IMG/VR virus record: IMGVR_UViG_3300029914_000006
DNA length: 64,000 nt
Source: an uncultured virus (IMG/VR IMGVR_UViG_3300029914_000006)
Lineage: Duplodnaviria > Heunggongvirae > Uroviricota > Caudoviricetes
Reading direction: 5' to 3' (one strand)
The notes under the pieces are model-generated. The model was not told the origin of the DNA and ran no database searches. It saw nothing but the letters and a program-made list of their open reading frames with translations. Within the stretch, counting starts at the first letter, position 1; every line of letters begins with the position of its first letter. Shown one piece after another: positions 18,943-28,620 of this stretch. Made by a program: the position numbers and the translations under genes.

Positions 18943-20352
18943 TCAGTACTGGATGCTGATGTGCGGGATTTCGTTCTTTGCGATGGACTCGATAAGCTCC
19001 TTGCCTTGCTCCTGCGTCATGCCGAAGGTGCAGAGCGCTTGCAGCGCTTCCCGGTGAATCGCGCCCCGGTGCGCACGGTTCTTTGCGCGCTTCTCAGCCT
19101 CTTCGAGTTCCGCCTTCTTCTGCGCTGCTACCCGCTGGCGCTCGGCTTCAACCGCCGCGATCTGGTCACGTTCCGCCTTCTGCTGCGCTTCGTATTCGCG
19201 GCGCTCTGCTGCCTCTGCTTTAGCGATGCGCTCCTGCTCTATTCGTGTCCGCTCGGCGGCGGCGCGTGATTCCATCTCGGCAAGTAGCTGTTCCGTGCGC
19301 TCAGCCTCCGCAATGCGCCGTGCCTCGGTATCCCGCATAGCCTGCTGCGCGCGCTCTTCCGCTTCCGCTGCTTCGCGGCGTTCCTTTGCCAATTGCGCCT
19401 GATAGGATTCGGCCTCTGTTAGGCGCAATGCTTCTGCGCGTAATTCCGCTGCGATCTTCTCCGCTTCGGCTTGCTTCGCCCGCGCCTCAGCCTCTGCGCG
19501 CTCATTCTCGACCCGCTGGCGCTCACGCTCGGCGGCTTCGCGTGCGATACGTGCTTGTTCGGCTGCGCGGCGCTCTGCGGCATCCTGGGCGGCTTTGGCG
19601 GCTGCTTCCTCGCGTTCCTTGATGGCGCGTTCAGCTTCAGCGGCGCGTAAGCGTTCCAACTCCTCGCGCAGGCGAATGGATTCCAGTGCGCGGTCTTGCG
19701 CTTCAGATAGCGCTTCCATCGCCATCACCTTGGCTCCGGTAGCCCGCTGCTTGAACTCCTGCCAATCGCGATCAGCAAGGATGCTCACCTGCGCGGCGCG
19801 CGCCTCGATCTCGTCAAGGTTCAACGGGCGGTCCATCTTGCCAAGTTCTTCTATCTGGTGAATCACAGCCTCGTGCGCCGCAACGCGCACTTTCTCCGCG
19901 TTTTCCAGATCGGTAACCGGCTTGCGCACTTCGACCTTGAATGCGTCCAAGTCATCGCGCATTGTCTTGCGGTCGGCATTGACGGCCGTCACCACGGCGC
20001 GGTGCTCCTCGGTAAGGTCAGCGCCCATCTCGTCGAGCTTGACTTTCGCTTTGGCGACCCGCGCAGAGAGCGAGATAATGCGCGCTTTGTCTTTCGGAAT
20101 GGATACGTCCAGCGTTGCAAGTTGGCTGCGGACTTCCTGCTTGAGCTTATCGACCAGCGCGGCGAGGGCGCCGGGGGCGTAAACCAGCGATGCTGGTGTG
20201 GTTTCGATCAGCGCCAGCGATGTGATAGTGGATTCCTCAGTCTCGGGCGCGATGATTTCAGGTTGGCAGCGGCCAACATGAGGAGGAAAACCGCATCCAC
20301 AAAGTTTCTCCGATGATTTAGGTTGTGCGTGTGCTTCTGCGTTCAGTCTCAT
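18943..20352 (-). CDS. Long coiled-coil phage protein of the recombination module
   Basis: DVS..KDKARIISLSARVAKAKVKLD..VRKPVTD, E/A/R-rich, C-terminal IPHISIQY. Confidence 0.7.
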   Translation of the reverse strand: MRLNAEAHAQPKSSEKLCGCGFPPHVGRCQPEIIAPETEESTITSLALIETTPASLVYAPGALAALVDKLKQEVRSQLATLDVSIPKDKARIISLSARVAKAKVKLDEMGADLTEEHRAVVTAVNADRKTMRDDLDAFKVEVRKPVTDLENAEKVRVAAHEAVIHQIEELGKMDRPLNLDEIEARAAQVSILADRDWQEFKQRATGAKVMAMEALSEAQDRALESIRLREELERLRAAEAERAIKEREEAAAKAAQDAAERRAAEQARIAREAAERERQRVENERAEAEARAKQAEAEKIAAELRAEALRLTEAESYQAQLAKERREAAEAEERAQQAMRDTEARRIAEAERTEQLLAEMESRAAAERTRIEQERIAKAEAAERREYEAQQKAERDQIAAVEAERQRVAAQKKAELEEAEKRAKNRAHRGAIHREALQALCTFGMTQEQGKELIESIAKNEIPHISIQY

Positions 20353-20547
20353 GCCTCTACTCCTGTCGGAAACGGTGAAGGATGCTCATCTTCGGGGTCT
20401 TTCTCTTCCGCAAGCATCATTTGAACTGCCAAGCATAGCCCAATCAGGAAATACTTTTGAGCTGAAGGGTTGCGCGATCCGCGAAGCAATTCAAGCGTAT
20501 CGCTAGCCATAAATTCGTACATCTGATCGCGCTTCTCTTGATCCACG

Positions 20548-21327
20548 CTAAATCCTTCCTCCCGCTTGCAGTTCCCTGTACCGCTTGTTCTTCGCGTCCG
20601 CGAAGGTGATCGTGCTCTTGGTATCGCCGGTCGCGTCTGCGGCATTCTGCGCGGCCATGTACATCTTGCGGAGCTCATCGGCGTCATTGGCGTTGCGGAT
20701 GTTATCAAGGTGGGTCAGGTGTTCGCGCTCATCGAGTGTACCCGGCTGCTTTCCTCCTGCGCGGTTGCCGTCATCGTCTTTCTGCTTGAATTGCAGATCG
20801 AAGATGAAGTTCTTTAGGTAGCGCTTCGCGTAGGTCATCGCGCTACCAGTGGCATGCGTTCGGGTCATAACCTGCCCACCCTTGGGCCCTGCGCCATCTG
20901 CAGGCATCTCCAGCGGATAGCGCCGCTCGTATGCTCCTTGGGCGAGAATGGCGGTCACAACGATAGTGCTCTGCTTGTCGCTGATTGCCGGTTCAAAGGT
21001 TAGGTTCATGCGCTCTTCCGCGAGTAGGGGATTCAGCGCCGCGTCAATGTCTTCAATGAGCGCGTATTTTGCTCCTGGCTTTTCGCCGGTGCCGCGCTTG
21101 ACTATTGGTTTCAAGGTTTGCTGAATGCGGAGCAATGAAGAGTTGAACTTGTCGCGCGCTTCAAAGTCGCGCTGCTTTTCCATCTGCTCAAGGATCTCTT
21201 TTGCTACTGCTAGGGCAGCCGCGCCGCCATCATCCATCGCCTTTTGAAAGGCCACCTGGATCATCTGCATAGGCTGCATGGGAGCGAGTGGTGCTGGCTG
21301 CTGTTTGGTTAATGATGTATCTGTCAT
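20548..21327 (-). CDS. erf: ERF-family ssDNA annealing protein
   Basis: KYALIEDID, ATGSAMTYAKRY, DDDGN motifs. Confidence 0.9.
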   Translation of the reverse strand: MTDTSLTKQQPAPLAPMQPMQMIQVAFQKAMDDGGAAALAVAKEILEQMEKQRDFEARDKFNSSLLRIQQTLKPIVKRGTGEKPGAKYALIEDIDAALNPLLAEERMNLTFEPAISDKQSTIVVTAILAQGAYERRYPLEMPADGAGPKGGQVMTRTHATGSAMTYAKRYLKNFIFDLQFKQKDDDGNRAGGKQPGTLDEREHLTHLDNIRNANDADELRKMYMAAQNAADATGDTKSTITFADAKNKRYRELQAGGRI

Positions 21328-21952
21328 CGGTTATCCCCTAAGGCGCATGTAATCAGTAATAACGCAAAGAAACCCACAAGACAAATAATGCCCACAATGT
21401 CGCCTGTTGTCCACATAGCTATTTTTCCTCCTCGTCAATCTCGCGCTGCCGTGCGCTTTCGTGTGCCGCGTCTTCGTCGTCATGGCTATGATTGATTGCG
21501 CGATAGTAGGCGCGATCTACAGCCGCAAGTCTACGCCTTTCGATCCCGTCTCCATCATGCTCACCGCGATAGTCTTGTGGGCTATACCAGCTCATGATGC
21601 GGCCTCTTCCTGGCGCTTGAATTCGGCCATAAGGTAGCGCAGTTGGTCAAGGTGATTGCGGTCGGAGCGCAGAGTCTTCAGCGCTTCCAGCAGGTTGCGT
21701 CCGCATTCGTCCACGCGAGATTCAGACGCCTTTACGTCTTCCTCCCAGCCTGCGAGGATCTCTGTGTAATCTTGTAATTTTTTGGGGGTTGATGCGGGCG
21801 AAGAAGAAAAGGAGTTATTCATGATGCTCTCCGGTACTGCGGTTGATTGTTTTGGTTGTGCTCTATCGTGATAACTAGCGCAGATCAAATGTAGCATGAT
21901 TTACGCACTGCGCACATGTTTATTTTGCGTGTAGTGCGTATCGCGACGTTAC

Positions 21953-22255
21953 TTACTTGTCTTCGGGAAACTCGATTCCCGTCGATCCGTCTTCCAATGC
22001 CGCGACGTTCATCTTGTCGAGGAATCGAGAGAGCGGGGTGCTGCCGTCTTCGCCCTCGTTCAACATCGCCCTCTTTACATCTCTGGAGAACTCCAGCGGG
22101 CCCGTAACCTTGAATTTCTGCACCCAATCTCCAGTATCAAGGTCGTAAGTTTTGAAGTGGTCGCTCTCGTTTGCAGCGAACGCAACAACATCGATACCGA
22201 TGCGAATTACTAGCTCTTCGCCATCAACAGAAACTTCCAGAGGTTGATTTTTCAT
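21953..22255 (-). CDS. Hypothetical protein
   Basis: GGAGG RBS; follows a linker repeat. Confidence 0.6.
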   Translation of the reverse strand: MKNQPLEVSVDGEELVIRIGIDVVAFAANESDHFKTYDLDTGDWVQKFKVTGPLEFSRDVKRAMLNEGEDGSTPLSRFLDKMNVAALEDGSTGIEFPEDK

Positions 22256-22294
22256 TACAATTCCTCCAGGCACCGTAGTGCCTATTCAGAGTTG

Positions 22295-22612
22295 TTACTT
22301 GCGTGGATTCCTTGCACCGCACATGGGGCAAGCGGTGCGCCTCTCTCGTGCGCCCAGAAGCGCTCCACATCCAACGCACGGGCGTTCGTTCTTAGGCTTC
22401 TTTCGGCCATGCACAACGCGGCGTTTGACCTCTGCTCGAATGATCGCGGTAGGCATAAGCTCAAGCGGCGGACTCTGCCTGTCAAACTCCTCGATCATTG
22501 CGCGCCAGTCGTCGTCGTTCCAGGCGATGCGGTCATGGTCACGTGCCGAGCGGTATCCTGCGCTGATTGCGGCTGTCCATATTGCTTCTCGGTCCAAGTT
22601 ACCACCCCACAA
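22295..22612 (-). CDS. Zinc-ribbon protein
   Basis: CVGCG...CPMCG. Confidence 0.55.
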   Translation of the reverse strand: MWGGNLDREAIWTAAISAGYRSARDHDRIAWNDDDWRAMIEEFDRQSPPLELMPTAIIRAEVKRRVVHGRKKPKNERPCVGCGALLGARERRTACPMCGARNPRK

Positions 22613-22895
22613 TCGCGTGATAGATAGCCCAGACCGCTGCGCCTTCGATCACCAAACAAAACAGCAGCGCACCAATCATCGGCCAGTTCATGCCGCACAC
22701 AAAGCGCCATGCGCGCCGAATCCATGACTCGCGCAGGATGTTTGCGAAAGGGTAGATGTTAAGCGAGTGCGCAGTGTCCATATGCTCTGGGCAGTCCATC
22801 CACTCGCCGACGATCTGCTTGGCAATCTCTGCGCGGACTTGCGCGTCTTCGGCCGCCTCGCACAGAACCGATAGTGGTACGCCTACTCTTTCCAT
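22599..22895 (-). CDS. Hypothetical membrane protein
   Basis: GGAGG RBS; C-terminal hydrophobic helix. Confidence 0.55.
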   Translation of the reverse strand: MERVGVPLSVLCEAAEDAQVRAEIAKQIVGEWMDCPEHMDTAHSLNIYPFANILRESWIRRAWRFVCGMNWPMIGALLFCLVIEGAAVWAIYHAIVGW

Positions 22896-23429
22896 GCGCG
22901 GCCTCCAATCCAGGTGTCGCGGGTGATGATTGCGGCCATGAACAGCAGGCCGATGGCCGGGAAAATTGCGAGTACTGCTAATGCTTGCATGGTGCCTCCT
23001 GCGTTACTCGTGCGTTGAGCTGCGGTCCGCCTGGCTGCGTCAAGGATGCGAGACCTTCGTTGAGTTGTGCGAGTTGCGCGGCGATCTCGCGTAGCATCTC
23101 AACTGCATCACGTATAAGAGGCTCTGCGCTTTGGCGATTCGTGAAATCGTAAATTTCGAATTTCCTTATTTCTTCGCTGGTCATATAATCCTTCCCCTTT
23201 CGCGCATGAGCGCCTTCCTCTGCGCCCATTTTTGCTGCTCCTTATGCGGTTGAGTACCGCTGTGTGCTGTGCCGGAGGTTCCACTCTGCGCTCCGGCCCG
23301 CATAGCCACTAAAGGCGCGTTGCTTATTTATTCATTTTGGCTAGGAGCCAACACTGTGTGCTACATGCGCTCACCGGCCTTTCTGATTTTCGTTTGCGTC
23401 GAAGATGGACGCTCATCACCAACACAATC

Positions 23430-23459
23430 ATCATGCGCCACAATGCCGGAATGTGTCAA
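23430..23459 (-). promoter_or_regulatory. Probable leftward early promoter
   Basis: Minus strand TTGACA-18 nt-CATGAT with AT-rich upstream sequence. Confidence 0.55.
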
Positions 23460-23481
23460 GAGGAATATTGATTATTTTCGC

Positions 23482-23516
23482 AAAATAAAAGCCCCCAGTT
23501 TTTAGGCTGAGGGCTT
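23482..23516 (-). terminator. Rho-independent terminator
   Basis: Minus strand AAGCCCTCAG/CTGGGGGCTT hairpin followed by TTATTTT. Confidence 0.75.
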
Positions 23517-23586
23517 GAGATTTGCGGGATGTCACGGCTAGGTGTCAACGCTGGCTGTGAAGGGATGATCGACAGGCACCCCGCAG

Positions 23587-23620
23587 TTGAAGTGTACCGC
23601 ATCCATGTGCGACAATTCAA
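23587..23620. promoter_or_regulatory. Overlapping bidirectional promoter pair
   Basis: Plus strand TTGAAG-18-GACAAT with extended TGn. Minus strand TTGAAT then TACACT. Confidence 0.5.
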
Positions 23621-24160
23621 GTGTCAACGCATGGCAGAGTCGAGAAATCGATTCGGGGAGTTCGCGGAACACTCAGCCCAATAACAACGGTCCGCTTGAG
23701 TACGACAGGTAGCGAAAGAGACACGCATGAAAGCAATCACAGCGAAAATCCGGGCAACGGGCGGCTGTTTGATGCCGCGACACGGCAACGCCCCGGTCAA
23801 ATGGGCTTTCCAATACTAAGCTGATCAGATTGCAATCAAGACCTGACACGCCATGCCAAGAGATGCTGCGCAGAACGGGTATAGCCCGTAGGGATGCCGT
23901 ATGTCTTAGATTAGAAATAGTTTACGTGAAGTGTTCGAATTTTGATTCCTGCCCTTCTCTCCACCTGACAATGTCGCCAGCACGCGCACAAATAACTGTG
24001 CCTCCTGTGGATACAGGAGAAGCGGGGTCCGGGGCGCAGTCCTGGAATTGTGCTGATATGTAGTAGGGAATTTAGGTACCGCTGGAATCACCTGAGTGAT
24101 GGGCGGCGATGTCGTCTGTCACAACTGCTTGCTTTGTCGCTTTGCTCTTGCAAACAGCAT
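23621..24160 (+). ncRNA. Candidate large structured noncoding RNA
   Basis: Nested long-range stems, GNRA loops and G-U pairs favouring the plus strand. No credible ORF. Confidence 0.6.
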
Positions 24161-24225
24161 AATTGGTGTGTCAAGAATAAGTTCGATCATATTATCTGAG
24201 TGTATATCGCTCACATTTAAGTTAT

Positions 24226-24639
24226 TTATTTTGAATAGTTTCGTAGTGCGCGCTCTAGGTTCCCATACTTATCGATCCTTTGGTAAAGCCTTTGCCTGGA
24301 TATTCCAACCAGCGCAGCAATCTCCGAAGCGTTCAAATAATGCACGCTAGGTATCCTCTGATTTTCCCTTTGTTGCTTAGCTGTCGCCCATCGGCAGTTC
24401 GCCGGTTTGTAATCCCCATCGTTGTCGATGCGGTCTATGTTGTGCTTCTTGCTTGGCGCAGGCCCCATGTCGGAGAAGAAGTTTTCAAAGGAAAGCCATC
24501 TCTCGCACACTTTAATGCCTCTTCCCCCGTAGTACTTATAAGCAGTCACTTTAGGGTTACGACATCTGTTTTTCATAGAGGTCCAAACACCATAGATCAG
24601 AGTCTTTCTCATTCCGTGCGTTATGTTTCGCGGTTTCAT
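24226..24639 (-). CDS. HNH homing endonuclease-like protein
   Basis: [42 protein letters not shown]. Confidence 0.88.
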   Translation of the reverse strand: MKPRNITHGMRKTLIYGVWTSMKNRCRNPKVTAYKYYGGRGIKVCERWLSFENFFSDMGPAPSKKHNIDRIDNDGDYKPANCRWATAKQQRENQRIPSVHYLNASEIAALVGISRQRLYQRIDKYGNLERALRNYSK

Positions 24640-24739
24640 GTGAGCATCCCCTTGACATATATATTACTCAATAAATTGCCAATGCTGTCAAGATGTTGTT
24701 GTCATCACTCCAATCCGGCGCTTGTGGTAGAATCTTCCC

Positions 24740-25189
24740 ATGTTGCATCCCAGCCAAAATTGCCTCGACCTGATCAAGCGCAGCGAAGGCCTGCGCCTGA
24801 CGCCGTACCTCGATCTTGCAGGGTACTGGACGGTTGGGTATGGGCACAAGCTCACAAGCGCAGAGCTGGCCGGAGATGCCAAGACGCGCAATATCACCGC
24901 GTCGGATGCTCTTTTACTGCTGATCGACGATGCGGACTGGGCCGCCGAGCAGGTAGCGCGGATAGTGCATGTGCCGCTCGCTCAAGGCCATCTCGACGCG
25001 CTCACGGACTTTGTTTTCAACCTCGGCGCTGGCCGCCTGGCAGGATCGACGCTGCTCAAACTGCTCAACGCTGGAGACTACGCCGCAGCCGGCCAGGGGC
25101 TGCTCAAGTGGGACATGGCCGCAGGCGTGCACCAGCCGGGACTAACTGCTCGGCGCAAAGCTGAGCTTGCGATGTGGGAGACAGCATGA
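24740..25189 (+). CDS. Endolysin, GH24 lysozyme
   Basis: SEGLRLTPYLDLAGYWTVGYGH (E-x8-D-x5-T), FVFNLG, GLTARRKAE. Confidence 0.93.
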   Translation: MLHPSQNCLDLIKRSEGLRLTPYLDLAGYWTVGYGHKLTSAELAGDAKTRNITASDALLLLIDDADWAAEQVARIVHVPLAQGHLDALTDFVFNLGAGRLAGSTLLKLLNAGDYAAAGQGLLKWDMAAGVHQPGLTARRKAELAMWETA

Positions 25190-25815
25190 CAATCTCGCGA
25201 ACTTTTGCGATTGTGGCCGGCGCGATCCTGGCGCTTGCGCTGGTGCTCGGCGGCTATGAGCTGCTTCAGGAGCATGACGCGCACCTCAAGGCTGAGAGTA
25301 TGCAGTCTGCGCAGCAGCAGGTAATCACCGCGGCGCAGAAGTCCATCGACCAGGCCAAGGCCGACCAAGCGCAGACTGCCAACGATCTCAAGGCGCAGCT
25401 TGCCGCTATTGCTAATCAGCGCACCATTGTGGTAACGCCTCAGCAGGCGGCCGTAGTCGCCAACACTACGCCCAACCTTCCGGCGCAGGTCCAAGTCCAG
25501 CAGGTTCCGGCTACGGCCACCGCGCCAGCCTCGCAAGAGCTCGTGATTCCGCAGGCCGACATTCCCGCGTTCCAGGCCTACAAGCTAAATTGCGATGAGA
25601 GCAGCGCCAAACTCAACGCCTGCACACTCAACGCGGCCAGTGCGGCGGTGATTCAGCAGGGCACGGCCAGCCAGCTCGCCGCGGTGACCAAAGAGCGCGA
25701 TACCTGGGAGGCTACCGCCAAGGGTGGAACGTTCTGGAAGCGGTTCAAGCATGATGCAATTCAGATCGGCGTGACGGCCGGCGTCGCCTACGCGGCAGGA
25801 AGGCTGAGCAAATGA
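25186..25815 (+). CDS. Spanin-like membrane-anchored coiled-coil protein
   Basis: N-terminal TM, coiled coil, C-terminal hydrophobic segment; follows the endolysin. Confidence 0.55.
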   Translation: MTISRTFAIVAGAILALALVLGGYELLQEHDAHLKAESMQSAQQQVITAAQKSIDQAKADQAQTANDLKAQLAAIANQRTIVVTPQQAAVVANTTPNLPAQVQVQQVPATATAPASQELVIPQADIPAFQAYKLNCDESSAKLNACTLNAASAAVIQQGTASQLAAVTKERDTWEATAKGGTFWKRFKHDAIQIGVTAGVAYAAGRLSK

Positions 25816-25981
25816 GCGGACGTTGGGCAACTGAACAGGCCGCGTGGGACGCAAGACAAGTAGAGCGCTATTGCGGCCCTCATGTTCTTACAGCCAAAGA
25901 CGGGACTAAAGCCCGCTGTACTGGTGATCCTCGATCTTGCGAGTTTTGCGCTAAGGGAAGGCCAGCTTCTCAGGAGGAAGC

Positions 25982-26305
25982 ATGAGCGGCAACTGGGCAG
26001 CGGGATTTCTCCGGTCGCAACTGAGCGACAAGGACGGCACGGTGAGCAATACCAAGGTCTGCGTGCTGATCGTCGTAATCGCTGTAGTATCATGGGTTTC
26101 CTGTCTGCTTTACAAGCTCCACGCGGTCGTCACAGTGACAGACATTGTGACTTTTCTTGGCTCGGCGGGCACATTTGCAACAATGCTTTGCGGTACGCTT
26201 GCAGCGCTCAAGTATGGCGCTGACTCGATCAATAACCGGGCACCCAACGCGCAGGCGCAGGTACAGCCGCCAGACGCGCCCTGCCCCCCAACCAATCCGG
26301 AATGA
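25982..26305 (+). CDS. Putative holin
   Basis: Two TM segments, AGGAGG RBS, located in the lysis cassette. Confidence 0.6.
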   Translation: MSGNWAAGFLRSQLSDKDGTVSNTKVCVLIVVIAVVSWVSCLLYKLHAVVTVTDIVTFLGSAGTFATMLCGTLAALKYGADSINNRAPNAQAQVQPPDAPCPPTNPE

Positions 26306-26477
26306 GGATGATATGGCATATGTTATCGGTGTAATCGTTGCGTTCGTGGCGGGCGTTGTCCTGACCGCAGTCTACAAAAACAAGGCTATTGCCGAAGCGA
26401 AGGCCCTTGCCGCATCCGCACAGTTGGAAGCGCGAAGCGTAGCAGCGAAGCTATAAAGAACGGGAAGCGCTGAAACC

Positions 26478-26954
26478 ATGGAGCAAAGATCCACGTACGA
26501 CCCAATCATCGCCGAAGAGATCCTGATGCGCATGAGCGAGGGAGAGAGCCTGCGGACAATATGCTCAGACCCCAAGCATCCTGAGTATCCATGCCGCAGG
26601 TCGGTGATCCGCTGGAGCGTGCGCGACACTGATGGGTTTGCCTCAAGGTACGCCGCAGCGCGCCGCGCCGGGGTCGAGTCGAGGATTGAGGACGCTAACG
26701 AGATCGCTGCCGAGGTACCTACCTATATCGATGAAAAAGGGGCTGTGCGCGTTGATGCCGCCGGCATTGCACGCAACCGACTGCGCGTTGATACGGCCAA
26801 GTGGGAAGCATCGCATCTGCTGCGCGGATTCAGCAAGCCGGGTGCTCCCCTGGACTACGGCGACAAGATTCAACAGGAATTGAGCGGGCCAGATGGTGGC
26901 GCGATTCAATCCGAGCACCGAATTATATTCGTCGATCCGCCGAAAGCGCCATGA
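26478..26954 (+). CDS. terS: Terminase small subunit (Sf6-like)
   Basis: YDPIIAEEIL.RMSEGESLRTIC..P..RSVIRW, RNRLRVDTAKW, YGDK..ELSGPDGGAI. Confidence 0.9.
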   Translation: MEQRSTYDPIIAEEILMRMSEGESLRTICSDPKHPEYPCRRSVIRWSVRDTDGFASRYAAARRAGVESRIEDANEIAAEVPTYIDEKGAVRVDAAGIARNRLRVDTAKWEASHLLRGFSKPGAPLDYGDKIQQELSGPDGGAIQSEHRIIFVDPPKAP

Positions 26955-28237
26955 ACATCGAATTCCCCTCAAAGCTTCGCCCGTTATGGGAGTCGCACCG
27001 ATTCAAAAATATCTGGGGCGGTAGAGACGGCGCGAAATCTTGGAACGTGGCGCGATATCTGCTTGAAATCGGGGCAGTTGGCACGGAATTTATAGTGTGC
27101 GCCCGTGAAAACATGAACTCGATTGCCGATTCCTGCCACCGAACGCTTGTTTCCCAGATCAGCATGATGGGCATGGGCGATCAGTATGTGGTGGAAAAGG
27201 CTAAAATCTGGCATAAAACCACAAAAACTGAGTTTGTTTTCAAGGGTTTGCGTCATAATCCCGACGCAATTAAATCACTCGAAGGTGCCACAAAACTATG
27301 GGTCGAGGAAGCGCAGAGTGTATCCAAGGACTCGTGGGACAAGAGCATCCCGACCATCCGTCGCCCCGGTTCTGAGATCATCCTAACGTGGAACCCTGAG
27401 CTAGAGACCGACGACACATGGCGGCGGTTCATGGTCAATCCGCCGCCTAATACTGTTGCGATCAACATGAATTTCTCGGACAACCCTTGGGCGTCTGAGG
27501 TTCTGCGCGCTGAGCGTGAAAAACTAGAAGTAGAAGACCCTGATGAATATGCGCACATTTGGCTAGGACAGCCCCGGCGCACGGTTGTCGGAGGAATCTA
27601 CGCCGCGGAGTTCCGCAAGGTGGACGCAGAGAGCCGAATTACGCGCGTTCCCTACGATCCGTCGCGCCCGGTGCATACCTGCTGGGATCTTGGTTGGGGC
27701 GATCTGGTGGCGATCTGGATGTTTCAGAGCGCGCCGTTCGAGTGGCGCTTTATCGACTACATTGAGGGAAACAACCGCGATGTGGGGTCTTTTGTGCGTG
27801 AATTGCAGGATCGTCCCTACGTGTGGGGAACCGATTACCTCCCGTGGGACGCGGCTAGCACAGGCAGACTGGCGACGGGAAAGAGCGTAGAGGCCGTCAT
27901 GCGCGGCCTGGGGCGCAAGGTGCAGGTGGTACCGCAGAACCTCATTCATGTTGGGATCGAGGCCGTGCGTAGAATGCTCCCACTATGCTGGTTCGACATT
28001 GACAAGTGCGCGGACGGGCTCCAGGCCCTCAGGCATTACCGCTATGGCGAGATTAAGGTGCTGAGCACGCCTGACCACCGCACGCCCACCCGTGATCCGG
28101 TTCACGACTGGGCCTCACATACTGCCGACTCGCTCAGGACTGGAGCAATGGGAGTGGAGAGCGCAAACAGTGGTAGAGAAGTTGAAAGGCATGTCTCGCA
28201 GCCTATTTATCAAGGTCAAGATGGGTGGATGTCGTGA
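26951..28237 (+). CDS. terL: Terminase large subunit (PBSX-like)
   Basis: WGGRDGAKS, IKSLEG..WVEEAQ, PTIR, WNP, WDLG..D, HDWASHTADSLR. Confidence 0.95.
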   Translation: MNIEFPSKLRPLWESHRFKNIWGGRDGAKSWNVARYLLEIGAVGTEFIVCARENMNSIADSCHRTLVSQISMMGMGDQYVVEKAKIWHKTTKTEFVFKGLRHNPDAIKSLEGATKLWVEEAQSVSKDSWDKSIPTIRRPGSEIILTWNPELETDDTWRRFMVNPPPNTVAINMNFSDNPWASEVLRAEREKLEVEDPDEYAHIWLGQPRRTVVGGIYAAEFRKVDAESRITRVPYDPSRPVHTCWDLGWGDLVAIWMFQSAPFEWRFIDYIEGNNRDVGSFVRELQDRPYVWGTDYLPWDAASTGRLATGKSVEAVMRGLGRKVQVVPQNLIHVGIEAVRRMLPLCWFDIDKCADGLQALRHYRYGEIKVLSTPDHRTPTRDPVHDWASHTADSLRTGAMGVESANSGREVERHVSQPIYQGQDGWMS

Positions 28238-28293
28238 TATTTTCGTGTTGCGTATTTCTTGGTGGTATGATTTCACCAGCATGAGGTGTTGAG

Positions 28294-28620
28294 ATGGACG
28301 AAGTAGTAGAAACAGCCGCTCCCGTTGAAAGCTCCGATCCGGAGGCAGCACCCGCTCCCAGCGTTCCCGCGGTTGAACCTGCGCCCGTTTCGACAATCCA
28401 GGATACTCCTGCCGAACAGGACGCTCTCGCTGTGCCGGTCCCGGACGAAACCGTTCTGACAGGAAAGACAGTGGAGTCCGTTCAGACATACCAGCGGGCC
28501 TCCGTGACGGTGATCGACATTCTGGGCACCAACGGCGTGCATTATTTTGTCAAGGTCGCCCACAACCAGGCAGAGGTTGGCGGCACTGAAGTGTGGGGCA
28601 CGGGAGTTCTGCAGGCCTGA
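28294..28620 (+). CDS. Hypothetical protein
   Basis: GAGGT RBS; acidic Pro/Ala-rich N-terminus. Confidence 0.55.
   Translation: MDEVVETAAPVESSDPEAAPAPSVPAVEPAPVSTIQDTPAEQDALAVPVPDETVLTGKTVESVQTYQRASVTVIDILGTNGVHYFVKVAHNQAEVGGTEVWGTGVLQA

Noticed and set aside
23380..23422. Hammerhead-like TGATGA-stem-GAAA on the minus strand
   Set aside because: The core reads GTGATGA rather than CTGANGA, four extra bases separate stem II from GAAA, and I found no stems I/III with a cleavage triplet.
23621..24160. Group I/II intron, tmRNA or RNase P identity for the structured region
   Set aside because: I saw no group I core elements, group II domain V, tRNA-like ends or RNase P P4 consensus, and no interrupted gene flanks it.
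24226..24639. IscB/HEARO-type RNA-guided nuclease next to the structured RNA
   Set aside because: The protein is a 137-aa ordinary phage HNH with no PLMP or RuvC motifs, and it is convergent with the RNA.
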